DNA of 64,000 nt from Mustelus asterias. Its lineage: Eukaryota. The position numbers and the translations under genes are program-made. Positions within the stretch are counted from its first letter, which is position 1; each line of letters begins with the position of its first letter. This document shows positions 26,737-39,379 of this stretch, piece after piece. Under the pieces are notes generated by a model. It had not been told where the DNA came from and did no database searches. It saw nothing but the letters and a program-made list of their open reading frames with translations. The stretch lies in the NCBI RefSeq assembly GCF_964213995.1, contig NC_135817.1:70742001-70806000 (forward strand). The letters run 5' to 3'.

Positions 26737-27057
26737 AGGGCGGCACGGTAGCACAGTGGTTAGCTGCCTCACAATGCCAGGGACCTGAGTTCAATTCCGG
26801 CTTTGGGTCACTGCCTCCTGGAGTTTGCACGGCCTCCCCGTATCTGCGTGGGTTTCTTCCGGATGCTCCGGTTCCCTCCCACAGTCCAAAGATGTGCGGG
26901 TTAGGTTGATTGACCATGCTAAATTGCCTCTTAGTGTCAGGGGGAACTAATGAAGTAAACACCTAACGTTATGGGGACAGGGCCTGGGTGGGATTGTTGT
27001 TTGGTGCAGGCTTGATGGGCCGAATGGCCTCCTTCTGCACTGTAGAGATTCTATGAT
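26737..27057 (+). mobile_element. HE1-like V-SINE
   Basis: Homologous to 1466-1785. Confidence 0.9.
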
Positions 27058-28217
27058 CCTAACTTTGAATCCTGGTCAAAGTTTGAGTTCATCTTTATGT
27101 TATTCCTTTCAACGGAGGATGCAGTTAATGCGGACAGCTTGATGTGGTGGGTTTATTGAAACTACAGTTGGTTTTAGTTCAGTTGAAAGGACCTACGTCA
27201 AAAATTTGCTGATCATGGAACATACTGATGACCAAAGGAGCGGCAAAATATGCAACCACTACAGACACAGATATGGCCGTGTTTCCTCTCCCACCCCGGT
27301 GTCTACACATGGCCCTAGATTCTTATGTCGATAATGGAATCTCGTGTTTCAGATATCAGAAATCTACTAATCTTTAGAAAATAATTGTTTTTGAAACATT
27401 TTGCCATCTATTGAAGATTCTGGAGTAGATTGTTGACTGTATGCTTTCTGCCCTCATGGAATCTATTACTGAAAAATACTGAAACATTGTTGACATGATA
27501 AAATTACGTACAATTAAATAGAATTAAAAGTGTTGTCTGAGTATGGAGCTTTTGAATTTTGAAAGTCCAACAAATTATTAGTTCCTATTCTTGATAGCCC
27601 CATCCTTACTCCTATCATTAACTTTGGGGCAGAATTCCAAATGCATTCCAATCGCACTCCAGGACTTGGTCACCTGGTTTTAGTCAATGCAATACCGAGG
27701 GCAGATTGCACTGTCAGAGGTATAGCCAAGGTCTTGTCTGTCTGTCTTGATGGATGTGAAAGTCGCATTGTACTTTGCGAAAAAGAGCAGTAAATTATTC
27801 TGATAGCAAAGCCAATATCTTTCCCTCAACTAATAGCGTCATAAACCAATTAACTCATTACTTAACTTATTGATTATTTATGGGATCTTGTTGTGTGCAA
27901 CATGTCTGCTGTATTTGCCCGTGTACAACAGCTTCCATGAAAAATAATCCATTGGATGTGAAGCACGTTAGGACATGAGGAGGCACTATAAATATTTCCT
28001 TCCTCCCTCTGTTGACATTCTCTAAACCCTCCTCTGGAGGGCTGATAACAGCCCAGGCTGGCTCTGTGGATCCCAGAAGAACATTTTTCTTGCCTTCCAG
28101 CCATGTTAAAATGAATACCAATTGACCCTTCATCTCCACTTCATTCTTGATTATTATTCAAAACTTTATTGGCTGTAAATCTCTGTAGGTAATTCTGAGG
28201 TTGTGAAAGGTGATCAC

Positions 28218-28553
28218 AGAAATCATAGAATCCCTGCAGTGCGGAAGGAGGCCATTCAGCCCATCGAGTCTGCACCGACAACAACCCCACCCAAGCCCTA
28301 TCCCCGTAACTCCCACATATTTACCCTGCTAATCCCTCTAACCTACTCATCCCAGAACACTAAGGGGCAATTTATCATGGCCAATCAACCTAACCAGCAC
28401 ATCTTTGGATTGTGGGAGGAAACCGGAGCACCCGGAGGAAACCCACGCAGACACGGGGAGAATGTGCAAACTCCACACAGACAGTGACCCAAACCGGGAA
28501 TTGAACCCAGGTCCCTGGTGCTGTGAGGCAGCAGTGCTGGCCACCGTGCCACC
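28218..28553 (-). mobile_element. HE1-like V-SINE
   Basis: Homologous to 1466-1785. Confidence 0.9.
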
Positions 28554-29589
28554 CACAAGATACATGAATGCAAATCTTTCCTTTCCCCTTCAGTGGGATC
28601 CCCGGGTTTACTGGGCAGTATACGTGTTGTGCATCCTCTAATGGCACTGTCCTAAATAAATGGTCAACATGGAAAAATGGATGCCAATTTGGCGTGGCTT
28701 ATTGTGAACGAACCACCCAACATCAATTTCCATGTCCCCTCCAAATCCCGGGATATATTTCACTGATGGACATCTTACTCACCACTCCGTTAAAAATAGT
28801 CAGTCACCAGCCAACCGGCTTTAAAAAAAGGCTGCCCCACGATGATAATACTTTGCGGGTGGCATCAACAAGATCAGTGTGAGCTCTCTGCCCCTCAGTA
28901 GAAGGAAGACCCTCAAGGGCTGAAGCAGTTCCATGAGGAATACAGCGTGGATATGAGACTCGGGTAAATCTGGGATTTTAGGGTGGGAAGGGTCTTGCTA
29001 AGAAGAGGTGTGAGAGGGTGGGGGGGAGACAAAAAGGTGGTCTCCTTCTTTCAGGACCGTCCCCAATGCGCACTGGACACCACCCAAAGGATGTAAACCA
29101 CCCTCCTCCTCCCCAAGGGTCAATGATAAAATGGCTAGCCCACAATCATCTGCCTTCCCTGAGCAACTATTATGGTGGCAGAGGTGGAATTGGGCTCTTA
29201 ATTGCCCCTTAATTGGGCAGTTAAGAGCCTCAATAGGCCTAAGAATGGGTGGGCAGCAGGAGGCATACCCACCGATTGCATTATGGGGAAGAGGCTGTAG
29301 GTGGGTGGAAGGTGGCCATATTTTATCTGTGCCCCCCCCCCCCCACCCCCTCCCCCTCCATTCCCACACTGAAAACAAGTCTGGCGGTCTGGCGGGGGGG
29401 GGGGTCATAAAAATCCACCCCCTCCATGTTCAACACCCGATGGAGTCCGAATCTATTCTAAACCTGATCACCTGTCCTCGTAGCTCTAGAAATTCTTCCA
29501 GCATCTTTTCCACATTTACTGAGTAGAAAATACGACCTATCCTTTTCACACTTCTAACCTTCAAATTCTCCTCCTCTATCAGCTGACTT

Positions 29590-29898
29590 AGAATCACAGT
29601 TCAGAAGGAGGCCATTTGGCCCATCGAGCCTGCACCAACAACAATCCCACCCAGGTGCTATCCCCGTAACCCCACATATTTACCCTCCTAGTCCCCCTGA
29701 CACTAAGGGGCAATTTACCATGACCAATCAACCTAACCCGCACATCTTTGGAATGTGAGAGGAAAACAGAGCACCCGGAGGAAACCCATGCAGACACGGG
29801 GAGAACATGCAAACTCCACACAGGCAGTGACCCAAGCCGGGAATCAAACCCGGATCCCTGGTGCTGTGAGGCAGCAGTGCCAACCACTGTGCCACCAT
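29590..29898 (-). mobile_element. HE1-like V-SINE
   Basis: Homologous to 1466-1785. Confidence 0.9.
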
Positions 29899-30046
29899 GT
29901 TGACTTGTTTTGGTCTTCCCCATCCCTATTCATATCTCTCACTCCCAGCAGCCTTCTCTTCCGCACGTTTAAAAACTCAAGTTGGTGCCATTGAAGAAAA
30001 GGAAAAACACAAGGAAGAACTTGCATTTACGTAGCTTCTTTCAGGA

Positions 30047-30550
30047 CCTCATTATAGGAAGGATGTGGAAAAGGTTGAAAGGGTGCAGAGGAGATTTACA
30101 AGGATGTTGCCTGGATTGAGTGGCATGCCTTATGAGGATAGGCTGAGGGAGCTCGGTCTTTTCTCCTTGGAGAGACGTAGGATGAGAGGAGACGTAATAG
30201 AGGTATATAAGATGTTGAGAGGCATAGATCGGGTGGACTCTCAGAGGCTTTTTCCCAGGGTGGAAATGGCTGCTACGAGAGGACACAGGTTTAAGGTGCT
30301 GGGGGGTAGGTACAGGGGAAATGTTAGGGGGAAGTTTTTCACACAGAGGGTGGTGGGCGAGTGGAATCGGCTGCCATCAGTGGTGGTGGAGGCAAACTCA
30401 ATAGGGTCTTTTAAGAGACTCCTGGATGAGTACATGGGACTTAATAGGATGGAGGGTTATAGGTAGGCCTAAAAGGTAGGGATGTGTTGGGCACAACTTG
30501 TGGGGCCAAAGGGCCTGTTTTGTGCTGTAGTTTTTCTATGTTTCTATGTT
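30047..30550 (+). mobile_element. CR1 LINE 3' fragment
   Basis: ERVQRRFTRMLPG..FFTQRVVGEWNRLP; (tttctatg)n tail. Confidence 0.9.
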
Positions 30551-30683
30551 TATACCTCAGAACATTAAAATATATACAACCACTGAAATACTTCTTCAAG
30601 TGTTGTCACTGTCTTAAGAACAGGTAGTACTGTTCAATTTTACAGTCAGCTTACATTGCAGGGCGACACTACAACAAACTCAC

Positions 30684-31049
30684 CTTCCACCGTGAGGCGT
30701 GTGCCATTACCGTATGCCATTAATGCAGGCGGAGGTATTTCAATAAAAAGCTGACAGAAATAAACACTGGAGTCTTCTAAGTGAAGGTCGTGGATTGTCA
30801 AAGACGATGAGTTTGTGGAGAGATCCACTGTAATGTTAGCATGTTCCTTACAATGCCATACTGTATACTTTGCATCATTTTTATTGTAGGTATAATCACA
30901 CAGTGCTTGTGCACTGTTCTTTTTCCCCCATTTTATCCTCAACTGTTCTCCATTTTTGTTGCTGTAGAGACAGTTTATTATCACTGTCTGTCCTTTTAAT
31001 GCTCTGATCGCAGACGGCATTTGGGAAACTGTCAGGTTTTGGCTTTTGC
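30684..31049 (-). CDS. VJ-C1 receptor, V-set domain exon with germline-joined J motif (NKp30/TMIGD2-like)
   Basis: 366 bp, phase 1/1, acceptor ttttcaccccaag| and donor GAAG|gtgagt. Motifs IINC..RIKW..LTIHDLHLEDSSVYFC..EIPPP..YGNGTRLTVE. Confidence 0.96.
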
Positions 31050-31639
31050 CTTGGGGTGAAAAAAAAAACAAAATCATTAATTTATCTGGAACATCCAACA
31101 TTGACAAACCGTCATCCTGCTCACATGTCACCAATCAACCCGTTTAAAATCCAGTGTCAGTCCATTTCGATGATAACCACTTGACTCCAGTATTCACACA
31201 CTTTCTGTTTGTTTGCTAAGAGAGAGTCACATACTGTTAGGCCTAGAGGAGAATAGACGGAGCCTCGGTTAGAAGCCTCATCCCCAAAAAAAGACACTTC
31301 TGGAATGGGTTCATGGGCCAATTTCTTATTTCACATTTAAAGAGTATCACTCAAGCCTGCCTTTGAAGAAATTAGGAGTATAAAGTAATGCTGCAGCCTG
31401 CATTTACAAAAGAAAAGAAAACCATCCTGGAAATGAAAGCAGGAAACACTCGACGTGCGCGTTGGGCTAATCGACATCTGCAAGAGGAAGTTTGACCAGT
31501 GTGTCTGGTGGAACCTCCATTACAACTGAACAGCTTCAAGCAGTCAGTTATAAAACCTTATTTAACGGGATTAAAAAACCCAAAATATTTTTGTAACTTT
31601 CTCATGTGGATTGGAAGAAAACATTGTAAGCTGCCTCAC

Positions 31640-31703
31640 CTGCGCTGAGAAGGATGTGCAGTAAAATAGAAAGCCTGATGCCTTGATTTTCCAGCAATGA
31701 CAT
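31640..31703 (-). CDS. VJ-C1 Ig-superfamily receptor, coding exon 1 (signal peptide MSLLENQGIRLSILLHILLSA|G)
   Basis: Polypyrimidine acceptor ttcttttctatattttcag (exon starts 31716), ATG at 31703, hydrophobic leader, phase-1 donor CAG|gtgagg. Confidence 0.88.
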
Positions 31704-32062
31704 GATTTGACGAGTTCTGAAAATATAGAAAAGAAAACAATGAGTTTTGAAAGATAACTGTTGTTGCTTTTCCTTCATGTTATTATTCATTTACAGGATG
31801 TGGGCAGCTTTATCCCAAATAACCCTTGACAACTTGAGTGGCTTGCAGGGTCATTTCAGAGTCAGCTACATCGTCTGGGTCTGGAGGGCATTAGTGGAAA
31901 AATTGAATTTTTCCAACAATGGGAATCATTCGACATTTAATTCCAGATTTTTATTGACTATCCACCATCTGCCATGGTGGGATTCAGACCCATGTCTCCA
32001 GAGCTGTTTTCCTGGATTGTTAGTCCAGTGTCAATGTCACTACACCACCACCTCCCCTTCTC

Positions 32063-32385
32063 GTAGAATCCCTACAGTGCAGAAGGAGGCCATTCAGCCT
32101 GTTGAGTCTGCGCTGACTCTCAAGAGACCATCTCACCCGGACCCATCCCCCTGCCCTATCCCCACAACCCAGCTCATCCACCATAGCTAATCTACCTAAC
32201 CTCCACATAGGACTATTGAGCATGGCCGATCCACCTAACCTGCACATCTTTGGACTGTGGGAGGAAATCGGGGCACCCGGAGAAAACCCACACTGACACA
32301 GGGAAACACATGCAAACTCCACACAGACCATAACCCAAGGCCGGAATTGAACCTGGGTCCCTGGTACTACAGCGCTGACCACCTT
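32063..32385 (-). mobile_element. HE1-like V-SINE (diverged)
   Basis: Homologous to 1466-1785. Confidence 0.85.
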
Positions 32386-33478
32386 ATAGTGGAGATTGGC
32401 TGATTTAGTGTACTTCGACTATCTATCTCTAACACTTTGTCTTAATCTTTAGAAGCGAGTACCTAAACAACATTAAGCCGTCAAAATTGAAGAAATAATG
32501 GAGTGAGACTTAAGAGTTAAACAGATTGCCAGTCCATGTAAACTGATTTATGCCTCAGAAGGAGATGTACTAAAAAACTCGGCATTTAAAAAAATGAGTA
32601 ACTTTTCAGTGAATTATGTGACAGATCAAAGGGACTACAATAAAATAGACTCTAATTAATCAATAGAATGGAAATTGTTTTGTAATATAATGCAGATAGA
32701 TATTATTTTGAGGTGACACTATGATATTCGTGCTAGAATCAAAACAGGAATATTTTGTAGATACTATGATGTACCATCACATTAAAATTACTGTGTTGAA
32801 ATATTGCTGTGACAGAGCATCTATTATCTCTTGTTATTTATCACACCCAGACTATATGTTTACTTCTTGTTCTTAATATTCTCTGTGCATGTTAGACAAA
32901 TGGAGTGAAAAAGATACACAGCCTCTCTGAGTGCCATTATTCTAATTGTCAGGGACAAGGGCAGGAACAAGGGCTATTCATATATTCATTGAACAATCAC
33001 TTTGCATTGTGCGATTAGGTGTTGATTTGTGGAGAGTACGCTTCTAATGTTAATCTGAGAGTTTGTCAGCCAGCAGTCAGGCTTAATTTTTCTGTTAACA
33101 AAGGTGACATTAGGGTGAGTTAAGCTCCTCTGGGAGTCAATTACCTATTGAATTTTGATCAGAATTCCCATTCATTTATGTGTTTCTCAATTAATGTAAA
33201 GGATCTCGGTGCTCTGATTTAATAAGGAAGCACAGCATTAAGAAGAGTAATTTCTAAAGTTCTGTTCTAAAGAACGGAATTCAAACACCTGAGTTGAACT
33301 GGATAGTTCATTTCCATAGAGAGTAGAATATCACAATGTCACAAATCTCACTGTGTGCTGCCATTCCCTGACTCAAAGTTTAAAAATTGGTTTAGTTTAT
33401 TAGCTTTGTTAATTTATTTATTTGCATTATCAAGCTTTTGTTAACCAAAAAGCAAGAAGGTTTGGCTTTAGCACCTTA

Positions 33479-33912
33479 AGAAGTTTAACAACACCAGGTT
33501 AAAGTCCAACAGATTTATTTGGTAGCAAAGGCCACACAAGCTTTCGGAGCTCTAAGCCCCTTCTTCAGGTGAGTGGGAATTCTGTTCACAAACAGAGCAT
33601 ATAAAGACACAAACTCAATTTACATGAATAATGGTTGGAATGGTTGGAACCTGGTGTTGTTAAACTTCTTACTGTAAAAACTTCGTCCCAGTTTTAGTAA
33701 AGACGATTTCCAACCATTATTCATGTAAATTGAGTTTGTGTCTTTATATGCTCTGTTTGTGAACACAATTCCCACTCACCTGAAGAAGGGGCTTAGAGCT
33801 CCGAAAGCTTGTGTGGCTTTTGCTACCAAATAAATCTGTTGGACTTTAACCTGGTGTTGTTAAACTTCTTACTGTGTTTACCCCAGTCCAACGCCGGCAT
33901 CTCCACATCATG
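33479..33912. mobile_element. Palindromic Penelope pLTR insertion
   Basis: TSD tttagcacctta at 33467-33478 and 33913-33924; inverted pLTR halves. Confidence 0.9.
33777..33813 (+). ncRNA. Minimal hammerhead ribozyme motif in Penelope pLTR (copy on the minus strand at 33535-33571)
   Basis: cac-CTGAAGA-a-ggggct tag agctcc-GAAA-gc-tt-gtg. Confidence 0.72.
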
Positions 33913-34339
33913 TTTAGCACCTTATACAGACCATGGCAAACACTCAATCTCATTGTTAGTCTGTAAATATCAATAAAGTTCAAAGATGTGTAGGTTAGGT
34001 GGATTGGCCATGGTAAATGTGCAGGGTTACAAGGATTGGGCAGGGAAGTGGGCCTGAGGAGAGTTGGTGTAGAGTCAATGGCCTCCTTCTGCACTGTAGG
34101 GATTCTATGTTTCTAAATGAGTTCAAAATTTATTTATTGGTGTCGCAAGTAGCCTTACATTAACACTGCAATGAAGTTACTGTGAAATTCCCCTAGTTGC
34201 CACACTCCGGCGCCTATTCAGTCTTTCAGACTGTGGGAGGAAACCAGAGGACCCGGAGGAAACCCATGCAGACACGGGGAGAGTGTACAGACTCCGCACA
34301 GACAGTGACCCAAGCCGGGAAGCTGTTTAAAAACTTCGT

Positions 34340-34490
34340 GATGTGGAGATGCCGGTGTTGGACTGGGGTAAACACAGTAAGAAGTTTAACAACACCAGGT
34401 TAAAGTCCAACAGGTTTATTTGGTAGCAAAAGCTTTTGCTACCAAATAAATCTGTTGGACTTTAACCTGGTGTTGTTAAACTTCTTACTG
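34340..34490. mobile_element. Short fold-back Penelope pLTR insertion
   Basis: TSD taaaaacttcgt at 34328-34339 and 34491-34502; palindrome centred on gcaaaagcttttgc. Confidence 0.9.
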
Positions 34491-36310
34491 TAAAAACTTC
34501 GTCCCAGTTTTAGTAAAGACGATTTTTTAAAAAGGTCTCCAGCTCATACCCTCTCACCCATCCATGCCACCTCGTTCCCCCATGGCCCTCATACCCTCCA
34601 TGCAAACCTATGCTCCCCACCCTTTATGCCAATGTTTGTCAACTCATTCCAATCCACCATCCCCACTCATCCCCTTGGTCTTTATAGCCCCAATGTCAAC
34701 TTAATGCCAACTCATAGACCCCACCCTTAAACACTCTATGTCAACACACACAGTTTCTTCCATGGGCAGACCTCAGGAGCCATAAGATGATAAAAAGTGT
34801 CTATTATAGTCTTCACTATATAGAAAAACACTTCCATGATAAAAGTCCATTCAATACAGTTAACAATTTTCAGGTACATAATTCCTTATAAAACAAACAT
34901 TTGTAATCATAACTCCACATTAATGACAGCTAATCTTTTGTGACCACTTGAAGCTGTCAACAAAACTGTGAGCTACAGGCCTCCCACTGTGATGATAGGT
35001 TGTGGAAGCTGCCAATCAAAAATAATGCTATAATGATATTACTCAGGCTTATGTCAACAAACATCTATTGAAACTGCTTCTGAACTGTTTCCATGAGTGG
35101 TGGGCCTGACTCCAGTTACCCCCCCCCCCCCACCCCCGCCCAACCCAGCTTGGGTTTGCCAGGTCAATACTGAGGAGCCAGAATATGACTTCACAACACT
35201 GGGAGCAGACTAAGGTTTTGGTTTCTCTAAAAGCTTGTCTTGACTTGGGCAGCACTGCAGTGGAGCTCCTGGAGTTTCGCAGTGGTCGGCATCATTGTGG
35301 AAACCTGTCATTATGCAGAACGAAGGGCTGTACATTATGTGGGTTGTCGCATTGATGTATTTCTGCTGCCGATTGGCAACAACGGCTTGCATTTATATAG
35401 CTCCTTTAACTTAGTAAAATGCCTCAAAATGTTTCATAGGACCATCCAGTTTCCTCCCACACTCAAGATATGCGGGGTTAGGTTGATTGGCCTAAATTGC
35501 TAAATTGACCCTAGTTTCGGGGGGCCGAATGGCCTCCTTCTGTACTGTAGGGATTCTATGATTATTGAGAAAATGTCTTGTCCTGAACCACTTAAGCAAA
35601 TATTCTTTTTCTTTTTGTCTAGAAGATGTGGGCATCGCTGGTTGGGCCAGCATTAATTATCCATCCCTGATTGCTCTTGATTTTGCTAGTGCCTTGCTCA
35701 ATGACTGGTTTCCTTCCCTAAAGAGCATTAGCTCGATGGGTTTTAACAACAATTGACAATGGTTTCATGCTCATCGTTAGACTTTCAATTCAAGATTTTT
35801 TTATCGATTTTAAATTTCACCATCTGCAATGGTGGGGCTTGAACCCAGATGCTTACAGCATTACCCTAGGTCTACTTGGATTACTAGTCCTGTGTCAAAG
35901 CCACTGTGCCACCAGGACAGGTAACCAAAAGCTTGGTAAAAGAGGTTGATTTCAATGAATTTAAAGGAGGATAGATAGGTAGAGAGGCGGAAATGTTCAG
36001 TTAGGTAATTCAAGCTTAGGCAGATGAAAACGCAGCCTCCAATGCAGTTTTGAAATCAGGGATATTCAAGAAGACAGAATTGGAGGAGTGTAGAGATCTC
36101 GGAGGATAGTGGGGCTGGAGGAGTTTGTCAACTTCGGGAGGGATGAGGCCATGGAGAGACTACGAAACAAGGGTGAGAATTTTAAAATGAAGACATTGCT
36201 GGTTTCGAGGTCAGTATAGGTCATGGAATCCAGATGTGTTCGAACATGGGCAGCAGTGGTTTTGGATGACCACAAGTTTATGGAGAGTTCGAGGTGAGAT
36301 GCTGACCACG

Positions 36311-36585
36311 ATGGCACAGTGGCACAGTGGTTAGCACTGCTGCCTCATTGTGCCAGGAACCCGGGTTTGAATCCTGGCTTGGGTCACTGTCTGTGTGGAG
36401 TTTGCACATTCTCCCCGTGTCTGCATGGGTTTCTTTCGAGTGCTCCGGTTTCCTCCCATAGTCTGAAAGACGTGCTGGTTAGGTGCATTGACCTGAACAG
36501 GCACTGAATTGTGACGACTAGGGGAATTTCACAGTAACTTCATTGCAGTGTTAACGTAAGCCTTATTTGTGACTGATAAACTTTT
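36311..36585 (+). mobile_element. V-SINE, Rex1-type tail
   Basis: Homologous to 15990-16270. Confidence 0.9.
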
Positions 36586-36861
36586 TTATAAGACAACTTT
36601 GGAGGTAGCAAAATCATCGACGGAGGTTTCGGCAGTGGATGAGCGGAGGTGGGGTGGAGATGGGTGACGTTATTGAAGTAGAATTAGATCTTGGTAATGG
36701 AGAATCTATATGACAAAAAGTTCAGTTCAACAGTGAGAGAGAGAGAGAGAGACCGAATATTACTGGGTGAATGTGGGATATCCCAGCACTAAAAACACCC
36801 AGTTTTCCAAATGATATCAGTTAATATTACGTTTAATGAATTTTTTTTCCCTTGAAGACCA

Positions 36862-36999
36862 TGGGTGGATTTTCGAGCCGTGCTTGCCCCAAGGCTTGAA
36901 ATTCCCCACCCGAGGTCAACGGGCCTTTACATTGTCCACCAGACGTTTTGGCCTTCCCGCAGTGATTCCCGTGATGGGTGGGACGGGAAATGTCCACCC
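36862..36999. mobile_element. MITE (Harbinger-like); related copy at 59677-59797
   Basis: TIRs gggtgga/tccaccc and 3-bp TSD cat. Homologous in reverse orientation to 59677-59797. Confidence 0.65.
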
Positions 37000-37024
37000 C
37001 ATATGTGCGTCTCTAAAGGCCAAT

Positions 37025-37635
37025 NNNNNNNNNNNNNNNNNNNNNNNNNNNNNNNNNNNNNNNNNNNNNNNNNNNNNNNNNNNNNNNNNNNNNNNNNNNN
37101 NNNNNNNNNNNNNNNNNNNNNNNNNNNNNNNNNNNNNNNNNNNNNNNNNNNNNNNNNNNNNNNNNNNNNNNNNNNNNNNNNNNNNNNNNNNNNNNNNNNN
37201 NNNNNNNNNNNNNNNNNNNNNNNNNNNNNNNNNNNNNNNNNNNNNNNNNNNNNNNNNNNNNNNNNNNNNNNNNNNNNNNNNNNNNNNNNNNNNNNNNNNN
37301 NNNNNNNNNNNNNNNNNNNNNNNNNNNNNNNNNNNNNNNNNNNNNNNNNNNNNNNNNNNNNNNNNNNNNNNNNNNNNNNNNNNNNNNNNNNNNNNNNNNN
37401 NNNNNNNNNNNNNNNNNNNNNNNNNNNNNNNNNNNNNNNNNNNNNNNNNNNNNNNNNNNNNNNNNNNNNNNNNNNNNNNNNNNNNNNNNNNNNNNNNNNN
37501 NNNNNNNNNNNNNNNNNNNNNNNNNNNNNNNNNNNNNNNNNNNNNNNNNNNNNNNNNNNNNNNNNNNNNNNNNNNNNNNNNNNNNNNNNNNNNNNNNNNN
37601 NNNNNNNNNNNNNNNNNNNNNNNNNNNNNNNNNNN
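37025..37635. other. Assembly gap (611 N) followed by a (TCAC)n microsatellite
   Basis: Run of N; tcac repeats at 37646-37700. Confidence 1.
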
Positions 37636-37859
37636 TGCTCGCTCGCTCACTCACTCACTCACCTCACTCACTCACTCACACACTTACTCACTCACACACA
37701 GCTACTATACATCTTTACAAAAACTTCATGCAGTTTTTAGCTAGATAATGCTTTTGAAGTATGTCTTTTAGCTTTTCTTCAAATAATTTTGAAAGAATAA
37801 ACAACAAAATAGATTTTGTTTAAAGACTGCAAAAATCAATCTACTCTTTGAAATCTTTC

Positions 37860-38097
37860 GCGCAGTGGTCAGCACCGCTGCTTCACAGTGCCAGGGACCC
37901 GGGTTCAATTCCCGGCTTGGGTCACTGCCTGTATGGAGTTTGCATGTTCTCCCGTGTCTGCGTGGGTTTCCTCCGGGTGCTCCGGTTTCCTCCCACAGTC
38001 CACAGATTTGCGGGTTAGGTGGATTGGCCATGCTAAATTCTCCCTCAGTGCGCCCGAACAGGTGCCAGAGCATGGCAACTAGGGGATCTTCACAGTA
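37860..38097 (+). mobile_element. V-SINE, Rex1-type tail (3'-truncated)
   Basis: Homologous to 12211-12505. Confidence 0.88.
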
Positions 38098-39379
38098 AAA
38101 CCTACCGGCCATTCACACCACAGTCCCAGTGCAAGCGAAGCCGGAAAATCAGCTAAATCTCCGTTCACTGCAGTGGGATGGGAAAATCCCACCGGCGTGA
38201 ACAGTGGTAAGATTCCAGCCACTGTCCATCTAAACGCTGCTGATGCATCCTAGGAAGTTATACAGAGTGCCGACTGACAACTTGCACAATATAAATATGG
38301 AGTCACTACGCTGGGTGAAAATCATCGGACACGCAGCCAGTTTTGAGGAAAGGCTGAGACCTTCAAATAAAATCTGGCATCAAAAGACAAAAGCTCGGCA
38401 CAACATCGTGGGCCGAAGGGCCTGTTCTGTGCTGTACTGTTCTATGTTCTATGTTCTTTAATTCTCAATGGATTATAATTAGGCATGTCGTTGTAAAATA
38501 CGTAATGTTTCTTTAAATGTTCATTTTGGCCATTGAAATTTCAGTTGCTGTGGAAAAATATAGCTTGTCAAAAGTTATTTGAATATTATTTTAGGTGACT
38601 TGAATGTCTATGAACAATCTGAGATCATAAAATTGGTACGTATAAACTCTTGCATATTGTTTACTGGTATAAATGGTTACGTGCTGAGTTAGCCTTTTCT
38701 CTTTGTAAAATGCAGATAGGTTTTCCAATTATAAATGTGAACATAGAAAGTTTCAATTCTAAATTTTGACATAAAATATGTTACAGCATGTACCCATAAA
38801 ACCCCCTACCTCCTAAATCACACAGTATTTTCCAAGCACAAATCAAGATTTGTCAAACAGTCTATGACACATTTCTAATGATTCATTTGACCTCAAATAT
38901 TAATGGAAGCGTGGTGTCATTCCAGATTTTCAGCACTTGCAGTTTCTTTCTTTTTAATGATAATAGGATCCTAAATTAAATTCAGCAAACACCCTTTCCT
39001 CAAACATAAATCCAACTTATTAGTTAACAAAGAATTTACAAATTAGTTTAGTACATTACAATAAATCTTTGTTCATAAGAAAAATACATTGTCGACAGAA
39101 GTTTATTGATGGTGTCAATCAGGAGAAAGAAAAATGTAATCGTGGTCTTCACAGAATCACGCAGGGAGTGAAAGCGTTCCATTAAATGGTTAGAACATCA
39201 ATGGCGTAGCTTCAGCCACTGTCCCTTCTATCTCTGAAACTGTTTACCCGACAGAATTTTCATCTGGAGGTTTGACCATTTCTTCGGAGCTGTCTAAACA
39301 CACTAAACTGTCAGTTTCTGACTTATTGTTGTAAGACCCAAAAAACCCTCCAGAGAAGGCAATAAAATGAAGCGCTTAC

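Noticed and set aside
30600-31100. Rearranging V segment or RSS
   Set aside because: The J-like strand and splice donor are contiguous with V, with no heptamer-spacer-nonamer at the V end. Most CACAGTG hits in the window come from SINE heads.
36836-37744. Long ORFs of 213-302 aa
   Set aside because: Artefacts of the N gap.
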